A stretch of 64,000 bases of DNA, taken from Candidatus Omnitrophota bacterium (GTDB lineage: Bacteria > Omnitrophota > Gorgyraeia > Duberdicusellales > 4484-171). The stretch covers positions 13,795 to 77,794 of the forward strand of contig JBDRAN010000035.1 in the NCBI GenBank assembly GCA_043823745.1, written 5' to 3'. Of the stretch, positions 20,101 through 32,100 are shown piece by piece. A model generated the notes under the pieces. The model had not been told where the DNA came from. It ran no database searches and saw only the letters and a list, made by a program, of their open reading frames with translations. Position numbers and translations under genes: made by a program. How positions within the stretch are numbered: position 1 is the first letter of the stretch; every line of letters begins with the position of its first letter.

Positions 20101-23100
20101 TCTGCATCTTTAAAACATGCGTCGAGTCTAAAATAAACAGCACAGGCTCTACTAAATAATCTGCAAAAAACACCTTTGTCTTTTATTCTTTTTAAAGTAC
20201 TTCCAATACTCTTTTGCAACAAAGGCTCTACAAGCGGTATATACCAGTCAGAAGCTAAGTGTTCTACGCCGCGATCAAGATCAGAAGCCAAATTCTCAAA
20301 CAAGATTATCGCTTCTTCAGCAGCTTTCTGTAAAGCTTTTTCAATATTGGCTTGGGGATTACGAATCCGAACAGCTTCTTCATATTTTTCCTGATACATT
20401 TCTCCAAAAGCAATCGCCCAATCTCTATGGCGGCCAGGATTTAACTCTACTCCTAAATCGTGATAACCCTGTGATACCCTTCTTAATATAGAAGCATTCG
20501 TTGAACTTATTCCGGGTAACTGGGCAAAATTCCAACAGACAACAGCCATTTCTGCCAAATAACCGAGGCGGCGTTCCATGCGAAATTTATCCTTGTGCTG
20601 CTTCGCATACTCAAAACCTTCTTGAGCAAACTCCGGATAACTTTGAGCAGTCTTAGCTTGGGGGTCTGCTGCGGTCATGGCCTCAACAATTACTTCTTCG
20701 GCATACTTTCTCAAACCAACATCAGGCATATAGCCCAGTTTTGAACGGATATATTTATCGTAAGCACCTTGCGATTGCTCTATAGCATAGTGATTTCTTT
20801 CATGGATTCCCAAATGAGTAGCGGCTTTGATTGCAACACCAAGAGAATATCTTCTGTAACCAAAATTTACGGTATAAGTTTTAGAGCCCATATCTTGCCG
20901 GATAAGAAACTTTGCGGAATGGCTATCTATTTCCTCATATCGATAATCAAAAGGAATACCGCCTACAGAGCGAAGAATACTGACGAATTGCTCCTTCTGC
21001 TTCTTTGTCCAGTCCCAAGAGGAAGAGGGGCTTGAGGTTTGGCTTTCGCTACTTACTTTAGAAATAATCGAACGTAGCGTTTCTGCTTCGAATTTTTCCC
21101 TATATCTATGGGCTTCCTCTTCAAGATGTTTCAATTTCTCAGGCATATCGCTCTGTTCAAAAAGGCTTGCTAACTCCCTATATAACTCCTCACTGCCGAC
21201 GAGGAATTTGATGCGATAAAACTTTTTACATTCAAGAAGACTGTTTCTATCCTTCTTGCTCATAAGCTCTTTTATCTGCGACATTGTCATCAAGGTATGT
21301 TCTGTCTCCCTGTCAAAATTGTCGCCGAGCTCTGCTAAGCCTCCCCTGACTGCTCGAGACAATCTATTTATAGTGATTGCTTGGTCACTAAAAGCGACTT
21401 TTTTCCATTCATAATCATCAGCTACAAGGACGACAAGATCTATATCGGAACCTCTAACAATTTCACCCTGTTCATTTATTCTTTCACGGTCATGGGCCAT
21501 ACCATAGGCAACACTTCCAGTCAAAGCAAAGAAACTTTTCTCTTCTATATGCCTTCTCCGATAAGGTGCTGCATTCGCAAGAATTCCATCATAACCTGTT
21601 ACCTTGCTTTCAACAATTGAAGCCAAAAACTCGTTGTAAGATTCTAATTTTGCTTTGTGCCTTGCTAAAGCCTTTTTAAATCGTTCATCGCCTTTTAGTC
21701 CTACCACAATAAAATCCATAAACTCCTGAACAATCGTAGGCTGAATTTGCGGGCCCCTGGTGGTGAATTTGAAATATCGCTCTCCCAGCATGGCTATCTC
21801 TATCTCCGGAGTAGTTTTAGCAACTGCCCAGAGATTCAAAGCCACTAACTCTTCATTTGCCTTATCATTTAAATAAAGAACACTTTTATCTCGGTAATGC
21901 CTAGGCTTGAAACCGGCAATTTCGCTAAAAAGATCCCGGCCCAGAAGCGGCCCGGTTCTTTCAAGAACACCAAGGACTTTCTTACCTAACTTCTTTATAG
22001 CTCTGGCTCTTTCTTGGCTTGATTCGCCTGGCTCCCCCGGTGAGCTGGCCTGGCCTGTGTCCCCCATAAAAGTTCTTCTCACCTGATTCTCATCATAAGG
22101 AAAAAACATTCTATAGCTATCCATCTTCTCCGGCTTAAGGTCTGCACCAAAAAGCGATTCTCCTGATGCCGCAAAGAAATCATCCATTTGAATTGGATTA
22201 GTTGCAAAATACCTTGCTACTTCTTTACCCGCCTGACTCTTTAAATCATCATAGAAATATTTATTAGTTATACCAATAGACTCTAAAAACATACCCACAT
22301 TCCCTGAATCACCCTCAAGATCCCCAAAATCAAAGACATAGATTCTCCCGGTATCCAAATCTACGCCATAATTGCCATAAGGATAAGTAAAATCAAAGTC
22401 CATCACCCCTCTTTTGAACATCGAGATTACAAACTGTTTATAGCTGTCAATGAGACTCTTAGCCTCAGATATCCTTCCCTCTTTGCTCAAATACTTTAGG
22501 CGACTAAAAACTGGTACTACCTTTTTTTGGACAATAGCTAAATCAGTTTTCTTCACGCCACCATATTTTAAAAAATAACTGAACGGTTTCCTTGAGCCGT
22601 CGGTGGCGTTGATAATTATCGTCGGTACAGCAAGGCCGCTTAATCTTTCCTCGGCCAACTTACAGCTTCGCTTTATCCAGAAACGTAAAACATTATCTAT
22701 CTTGTCGGGATATCGGGACTTTTTTACTACAAAATCAAAACCATCTTGTGAATATGCAATGAGATGTCTGCCGACACCGACATGGCGCAGAAGATAACTC
22801 TCCGGAGAAACTTCCGCGGGGGTAATGGGTTGCTTTTGCCGTAACAACCTATCTATTTCCTTAGCTAAAAACTTACCGTCAATGGCTCTGGTTACATCTA
22901 ATCCAAATCTAATAAGAATCTCTCTTCTACCACCTAAGGCCTTTTCTTGCCGTAATTCGGCAATAGCTTTTTCGGGCAAGCCTTGAACTCCCTCTTTAAA
23001 TTGCCTCAATAATTCCCACTTGCTTACACCTGTTCTCTTCTTGCCTTTAGCCGATGGAACGTATTGAATCGAAGGTTTGGGCGGCTCCTTTGGATCGTGG

Positions 23101-26100
23101 TCATCCGTCGGCGAGCTGGCGGCTTCTATCTTACTTGTAACTTTGTGACCTTGTGGCTTGTGACTTGTCAGTGCCGGCGAGCTGGCCCCGTTAGAGATTG
23201 ACGATCCATTACCTTCTGTATCTCTAACGGGGCTGGCTCGGGACTCATCAAGTCTTGTTCGAAGCTTAGCTCCGAACAAGGCGTTCTCTGTGGCAAGGGC
23301 ATAGACCAAGGCTGCTTCTGAAAGAGCTGAGCTGCTCCGGAAAGCAGTTGGCTGATCAGCACCAGTAGGTTGCTGTAAGTAGTAAAACCATGTCTTTCCT
23401 TTTCCGGGAATTTGCAGAGATTGTAATGGGTTGGGTCTTTGCTTGGATAAGTTTATAAGATACTTTCTTGCCGTATTAGGCCTTAAACCACACCTATTTG
23501 CGATTTCGTTTACTGATATAGCTTTATCTGCTGTATCTGGCAGCACTGCCATAATTTGCTGCTCGCTTCTTTGCTTGTCTATCGCTAACTGCTCCTGCCT
23601 AGTTAATTGTGGTTTTCTAACAGCCGCCGGCACTAAGCGTTCCGGTAGCTTAGCTATTAAATCCAGTACTTTTAGTTCATCTGCCCTAAACTGCCCATCC
23701 ACATACAAAACTGGAACTTTTTCTGTTTGGTTCAATAACTTTGCTGTGATTCTAAATGCAGAAGCATCAAAATCTACAATTAATCCGGCTTTAGTTCTAG
23801 AGTCGGCTTGCTTCAGCCTATTGCGCACACCTAAATGAGCTTCCGCAAGCCCAACAGAAGCGGCTATAATAAAAAGGGGTTGAGCAAAACCAACTCTCCT
23901 AAACAAAGCTCTAAAATTATTTTTTATAGCCTTAATATGAGGTGCCTCTTCAAATCGCCCTCCTGCCTGGGTATTTGCTGCTTTAAATTCTTGCAAACCC
24001 CAGATAAGTTGTTCCAAAAATCTTCTCTTCACAATTCGCCAGGCTTCCTCTTTTAACATAAATTTGCCCTGCCTACGACAAGCTAATTTTAATTGCACCC
24101 ACTGTTTTAAATTCTTATCTATAATTTCTCTATTTTCTCCTAAACCATCAGCTAATTGTCTAATTTGGGTGAGATTTTTTGACTCTTCTTTAGATAAAAA
24201 CTGGCCAATTCTCTGCCAGCATTCAGCTTTTCTGGAGAAATCATCAATTTCTTTATCTGTTTTCTGAACAAGCCTGGCATCGACAATAAAAATGGCCTTG
24301 CCTTCTAAGCTTTGTAAATCCTGCCCAATCGTCTTCCCACCATGAACCAGGGACCGTGGCCTACTTGCACCCGCTGAGCTGGCCCGGGGGCCTGGTTTGT
24401 TTTTCCCGCCTTTTTTTCCAGAAGATGAGGTAATCCCTGTGGGGATGTATTTACATCTTTTTATAAATTTTATAGCTTGAGATATACGTAACAACTCTGA
24501 TCCCGCTCGTCTATCTCTTTCTGCATCTGTCAAATGACTATTTAGAATTTCAATAACTGCCCTTCTTATATGATAAAAATTATTATCCATGAACCTGTCT
24601 AAGCTCACTTTTTCTGAGGCAGAAACATCTCGTCCGATTTCCAAACGGCTAAAGTTTCTGAATTCTTTTTTTAAATTAGATAACATCTTCTGTCTTGCTA
24701 AAATATACACAACCCGCATGTGAATCTGGATAGGAAGAAAACCAGTATCAACATCTGCGTCTTCTCTAATGAGTTTTAAAGTTTCTACGCCTACCTTATA
24801 GTGCCTAACCGATTTTTTATGGCTGTCTTCAAGGTCATAGAGACAGGCTATGCGAATATGCAAATTGGCTATATCATTGAGGATGAGCCTCTGTTTAGGA
24901 AAATCTTCCATGGCCATTGGGCTTCTGGCCTTAATTCTTCTTAACTCCCCACCTTTTTTTGCAATTTCTTCCCGAAGGCGCCTCCTTTGCTCTCTTGCCA
25001 AGGCAAGCGTAAACATATCGCTTACAGCCATCATCCGCCTGCATCTTCTATCTATTTTTTCATAAACCCCGAAAGGATCTACCCCCATAGCCCGGCCATG
25101 AGCTTCTTCAACAGCTTCGTAGGTAACCTGCTCGCCTCTTTTAAGAATCTGAGAATACTTTTCTACCTCCATCTGGTCATGATGCAGGACCGTAGCTATA
25201 TATCTAGGATCTTCTACATCCTCCAGGAACCTTGCCGGAATATAAACTATCTTGTTTTCCTTTCCAATGTGGGTTACTTGATAGTAAGTTTGGTCGTTTG
25301 TGTCTTTTCCGTAAAGTAGAAAATGGCTCGGCACATCTACCTCGACTACTGTGGTTTCTTTCTCAAACCTACTGGCCCTTGAAATTATTTCTCTATCCCT
25401 CTTACTCTTCGGCTTAATTTTCTTCAAAGCTTCAGTTGCCTGCCGTATCTTTTCGGCATTTGACGAATTTAAAGCCAGCGGCAAATTTTCCTGCCAAAGC
25501 TTCTTTTCATAGTAACTTCCTTCCTTTATTATCTTTTTGGGAAAAGCCCGGATAATTAAATCCACCTGATGGTGACGCGGAAACACATCTCCTTGCCCAA
25601 AAGAACTGTTGGGAGAATAAAAATCTTGCCAGCGCTCTACGGCGCTTGAACCTTTCTTGCCCACGGAAAGGTGGCCGGGAATAAATTCTTTTATAAAAAA
25701 TGTAAAAAGGCCTTTTTTAGTTAAATAAGCCTTGGGGGAAATTATTTTAGCCTGTTCAAACATCTTTTTAACAAATAACTCAGATACGCATGAATTGTGC
25801 ACAGTCTTAGCCGGAGAGCTGGAAGCAATGCTTTTTATCTTTCTTTTATCAGGCGAGCTGGCGGTAGGATAGCTCATAGTTCGTAACTCATAGCTCCTCG
25901 ATGATAGGTCAGTTAGAGATGACGATCTGGTCCTGAGCTGGCCCTCTCGCCTGTAATGCTGTTCATCGTGAGCAACAGGTGAAGAGCTTTGTCTATCTTG
26001 CCTGTTAACCCTGACTCTAATTATAAAAACTTTTCCTTCTTTAGGGCCGGGTTGGACTGCAATCCTGCTTTTCCCTACAGAGAGGGAAGGACTGTCATCG

Positions 26101-29100
26101 TTTCCATCTAGAATATTAGAAATAACTCTCTCGAACTTAAAAAGAATGATCGGCAGTTTAACAATTCTTTCTCTCTCTCGGTATCGCAATATGATTGTTC
26201 CGTTATCTTGAGGTGTAGCTTCAAACCCATACTCTCTGAATACCCCGTTAAGCTTATCAATAATTTCATAAATAGAACCCGAAACATGAATGCGAATTGT
26301 GCGCTTATTAGGTAAAGTCATTCCGCAAGAATCTGGTAAAATATTAAACATTATCTGACTTGACCTTATGCCATTTTCCGGCGAGCTAGCCCGGCCGCCG
26401 TTGTCGAAGGGACCCTCTTCTGATTGGTGAGATGATGAGCTCAGCGTTGTCTGTAGCAGTTTAAGGTACGCATCGACCTTCCTCAAATAGCCCTCGTCCC
26501 CGAGTAACAATCCCCGCTGAGTCGTTAAAACTCCGGGATGCGTGGAAAGAAAATCTGTAAAATCGGTGTTTGCTCTGATCCAAATACTGACTCTCTCAGC
26601 AATATCCCCAAGGGAGAAATCATCCGATAATGAGTCGAAATAACACCATTTAATGGAAACGGCCATGCTGTCAAATCCATGAATAACGCCCAGTGTTCGT
26701 TGGAGTCGAGTCATGCTAAGGCTCGGCAGGAGGTTCATGGCTTCCTGGGCATAGTTGGTAGCCAAAAATAGGTATACACAGCAGCGGATCTCACGGCTCT
26801 TCTGCTTGCTCCATGAAATAAGTATTCTTTCAAGATCCCGAACATGAAATGTAGCCCCCCAGAGTTTCATCGTCGCATCCATATCTTTAAACCATATCCA
26901 CACATCTCTTAAGGCGCAATAGGCCGAAATGTCATCTATGCCCATAACCGCCGATTTCGCGGTCTTGAGTAATCGTTGAAGAATAGCCAAATTATCCGAA
27001 AAATTCATGAAAGCACTTTGCTCGGGCCTCTTAATCAAAGAATTATCAGCTTGACCCGAATCAACCGATGCTCGCAGGCGAGCTACCTCTTCGCTAAAAT
27101 AATCCAAGCCTTGCGATGACGAGCTGGCGGCTTCTCTCTTACTTGTGACCTTGTGACCTTGTGAGGCCGGCGAGCTGACTCTATGCTTCGTAAAATAATA
27201 CATATCTGTTGCTTTCGGAAATTGCTGATTCCGAGGCAATCCGAATTTTACCATCAGTCCGGCTTGATTTTCCTTTGATACCAACCCTGTTATAATTAAA
27301 GTTCCCGTTTGAATAAGAAGGTCATATAAATTGTCCGCTGCCGGCTCGATATCCATATCGCCACAAAAGACAAGCGCAGAATATATGGTGTCAAACCTAA
27401 GGGCTTTCCAGGACGCGGGAATGTTTTCGATACTTCCTTTTATAAAACGTCCGTCGTTATTATTAAAATTTTCTACGCCATTTCCCATTACCGGCTCTAT
27501 TGCGTGCACTTTTGCCGGATCGAAGCCAAGACGGTTAATCAAAAACAAACCGATTGAACACCGCCCGCCGCATCCTACTTCAAGAAACATCTGTTCTTTC
27601 AAAGTCTTTAACTTCTCCCCTACAACACCCAGCCCCTCATTCCCGACAAGTGCATCCACAAACTTCTTTAAATCCAGACGTTCACCATCGTCGAGCAATG
27701 CGTCCCTTTTTATCGCCGAAAATAATGTAGCAGCCATCACCGAAGGGCTAGGCGAGCTGACTGACACAATCTGCCGTTGCTGCATATCCCTAGCTAACTC
27801 TTGAATAAAAACATCGATCTTTTCTTTGGTAACGTGCTGCATAGCCATGATGTGCACAAAATCTCCATACGGGGCCAGCTGCCATCTATCTATCAACTCT
27901 TGAGAGGGCCTGGCAAATATCACAGTATTGGAAAACTCATTCAGCTCCGAAGGACATCCTATTTTCTGCAGCTTCCGGTAAAGATATTGCGCATTCTCCA
28001 TGCATAAACCCGCTTCTTTCCTGAAGCCTTCATATCCTTTTGTCGTAACAGCGTGCCATAAATAAAATAACACCTGCCCGCTCTGGGCGGTTAATAACTC
28101 TTCTACCTGTCGCATAAAATTTTGGCTAGCGCAGCTTTCGCGAACCATGAATATACCCGAAGGCATCGGCAGCCCCATAAACTTGTGCCCGGATATGGCA
28201 ACACTATGGACGCTTTTGGCTAAGTCTATCTTTGGCGCACCTTCTAAAAACGGCAGCATCATACCGGAAAGAGCGGCGTCACAATGAATATGAAAGTCGG
28301 CAACATGGCATTGGCTTAGAATACCTATTACTCTTTCCGGACTATCTATAGCGCCCCTCATAGTCGTTCCGATATTAAGGTTTAAAATGACCGGCCGACC
28401 GCGATTGGCTTTTATCGCCTTCTCCAATTTGCTATAATCGATCTCACCGTTGGGTAAAGATGGGATCTTTATCGCTATCCTTTCCTCGTTGTATATTGAA
28501 TAATCGGAATCTTCTCGGTATTTAATTATCTGCATATTCAATAGCCTAGCTATCTTGTCTATCGAATAATGCGAATCTTCGCTATAATAAAGTATTCCGG
28601 TGGGCCTGCCGGGGAAGCGTTGTATTCCGGCTAAGATTCCTATCAGATTTCCCCATGTCCCGCCAGCAGTTACTCCACTAAAAACATCCTCATCTTCGAC
28701 ACCGTACAACTTTGTGAAAAAATCAAGCGCCTCCTGTCCAAATGCTTGCGCGTCTTCTTTTCGTAAAATATATTTAAACAGATTCTGCAAGTCGCCATAC
28801 GACTCTTTGCTTGCTGTTATATTCGCGGGAAATCCCAAAAATCTTTCCATCAGCTTTTTCAAGCGTCCTTCAAGTCTATCCAAAGTATCAAGGACTTCCC
28901 GGGAAGGCTGATAGGCGATTTCTTCACTGACCTCAATATCGCCGGGAGTCAATACCCCCTGCTGTAAGGTACCACCCAAATGGTCTTTCAATAAATCGTT
29001 CACAAATTCCGCTATCTCTATGTTTGTCAAATAAGGTATGGCCTCGAAGCATGATTCCCGACCGTAAGATAAAAGCCCCCACTTTCTACGCACCTCAAAG

Positions 29101-32100
29101 GAAGGCTGTTTGAAAATTAGGGTCTGGCGATCACCAAGCCTACAAGGATACCCTTTGCTGCTAAGCGTTTTATTAATGTAGGCTGAAACCTCTATTGCCC
29201 GCCTGGCTCTAAGCTTAAATCCTGGGCTTCCCATAACTTTTACCGCCAACCAGAGATAGAGGGGAACGTGTCCACTGCGTGATCCGGGAATGGTCGTGTC
29301 TTCAGCATTAACATATTCTACCCTGTCCCGGCCGCTTGAAATATTACCCACATATTCCTTTTTCGTCAAGGCAATCGCTCCGAGAACCGACAACCCCATA
29401 AAACTGCCCAACGGCAAGGCCATGCTGTCCACACCGTGTTCAAAATCTATCTTTGAATTGCCTCCCAGAAAGGACTCGCCTATGCTTAACGGCGACATGT
29501 TGTAATGGATATGCTTTTGTTTTACGCCGGCACAACCCAGGATACCCTTGACCTTGCCTAAATCGTCTACAGCACCCAATAGCCTTCCGGCATTAAGACA
29601 CACTATGGCCGGGCCGCCGTTCTGCCCTACTTTTTCCTTTAGGTCGGCGTAATCAATTTCTCCGCTTGGCGAGGACTTGATAATCTTTATCCTGTTCTCC
29701 TTTACGCCTAATATCTGCAGCGCGTAGTAAAGAAGGCCGTCAACATGATTGGATAGATAATAGATCGCGTTCCTGGAAAACCGGCTGCGAGCGATAAGCA
29801 TCGCATAAAGTTCGGCCTGCTGCCTGTTGATAGTCACATGGCCGCCGTATCCCTCGGAAATTTTAAAATGCCCGGCCCAGAACTCCAGGAGCTCACGCTC
29901 CTGTTCTTTTGTATTATTCCTTACATAGGTTTCGTCATCCGGCTCGCCCAAGTTATTTAACTGATACTGATAAAAACGGGTTAGGATATCATAAAGCGGA
30001 TTCGCCTTCGGGGCGCTGTCTCCAATCCTTCTCTCAAACTCTTGTAGCCTTCTGGCTATTTGGCCGGAATCTACGGGGCTCAACCTGACGCCGTTGTCGG
30101 CGCTGGCGCCCGGTGAGCTTGACGATTGTCTTTCTATCTGTGTGTCAATTTGCTGCGCCAGCCTCTTAACATCCTGCGCAATAGTTGAAATATTAACTTC
30201 TAAAACTGCTATCTCAAACTCTCCCTCTAAATCGAGTTTTGCCTGACTGCTCCAGTCCCTTGCGCTTACATCCCGGCCTTCGGCTCTATGGTGTTCGATA
30301 AATTTCCTTATTTGTTCTAGATTCCTAACTTCATAAATTGCCTCTACATAGTGAAAACTTAAAGGAAGGCTTGCTTCATCATCCTCTGGAGATATTGAAG
30401 GATCGTGCCCAGCATAGAGCTCACACTCATCTTTTTCCTTAGCCACATATCCCATCAGTTGGTCGTCTGCTATCGCTTCCCATTTTCCTGTAGCAATTAA
30501 GGCCTTTTTCAATGTACTTTTTCCAGCGCTCGATAATCCTGTCAACAATATTACTTTTCCAGAACTCTTACTCCTTATTAAAACCCCAAAAATGTCAAAG
30601 GGAAGGTCTGAGGAAAGGCGTTGTAGTTGCTTTTTAGCTAACTCATCATTTCTTTTGTCTGCCTCGGATAATGCTGTTTCCAGGTTAAATATTAAATGCC
30701 CTCTTCTATCTGTTACGTTAAATCTCTTATCTATGTGCGTTATATATCTATACAATGTATTAAGACGTTCGATTGTAGCTATTCTATGCCTCGGTGCTGC
30801 GGGACTTGAGGCTCCCCTTGATAAAACAACAGGTTTACGAAGGTTTAAATCTTTAATAAAAATAACTCGGGTACCGCTTTTAACGGGGGTATCTTCATAA
30901 TGCCGCTCCTTCTCGAAGTCTTTTTCCCAATGCCGGGCTTGAGATCTTCCGGCTATATTTGTAACGGTGGTAATCAGAATATGGTCAGAATTATTTACCA
31001 TTATCGTCAGGCCGGTTCCCTCATGGCCCGACTGCCTAAAAGACTTTCTGGGCAAAATAGCTATATGTAGAGGGGCCAACTCCTGGTAGTCGTCAATAAA
31101 ACCATCGCCGCGATCAAGAAGAACAAAGGTAAAACGAACTTTACTTTTACCTATAGTTTGAATCCTTAACAGTAAGGCTCCGATATCTCCGGCCATTAAA
31201 TTCCTGGCATGCTGCCAAATGTTTTCTACGGCTTTGCCGACAGCGTTTAGCACTTCATCGTACTCATCGGCATTAAACAGGTTTTTGTTCTTTCCCAGAA
31301 AAGACCTCGCAAAGGAGTTTAGCTCACGAGTCTTGCCAACGATGATTTCCTGCAAATCTTGAGGAAATTCACAATAAAAATCTGACTGTAGTTCACTGAT
31401 AGTTTTCGCGCGAACTCCCCTGGCGGCAAGCATATCCACCCATAACCGATTGATGTGGCTGTAGCCCTCTTCATCTAGAAAGGGTAAACCGGCAGAGGGT
31501 TGATTTTTCCCGCCTGGGCGATGGGAAAGGGTTTTATCTGAAGCCGGCGAGCTGGCCCGGCCGCCGTCATTGTCGAGAGAAGCCGGTGGATTGCCTAAGT
31601 TGGATTCATTCTGTAACATGGTAAGTGCCTTAAAATACTGCAGGGCGGTACCACCCCCCTTTGCAGTATCAGCTTTAAGATAGGCTGCAGTCTTTTGTGA
31701 TGCCTTAGGCAGCCATTGATCAATAGTTTCAGCCTTAACATACCATGAAGACGGAACTTCATCCTCGAATCCTAAACAATCATATTCATCGGCTCCTAAG
31801 CCTTTTTCGCTAAGTTCTCGATAGGCTCCTGGCAGAGATAAAACAATTGCAAAACCTTCATTGGAGAGCATATATATTGTCCAAGCAAGAAGGGTTTGGG
31901 CTGAACCTCGGATAGCTTTAGAGATAGTCGTACCAAGGCCGATATCGTTCGGAAAATGTTTAAACATCTCATTTACTGGAGCATTCTGCCAATAACAGAG
32001 AATGGCCTGTTGCTTGCCGCTCGAATTCGAGAAAAGCACTTCGATAACCGCCTCCACTCCCAGAATCTCCAGCTCGTTAATATTTGTAATCTCGCGGGGA

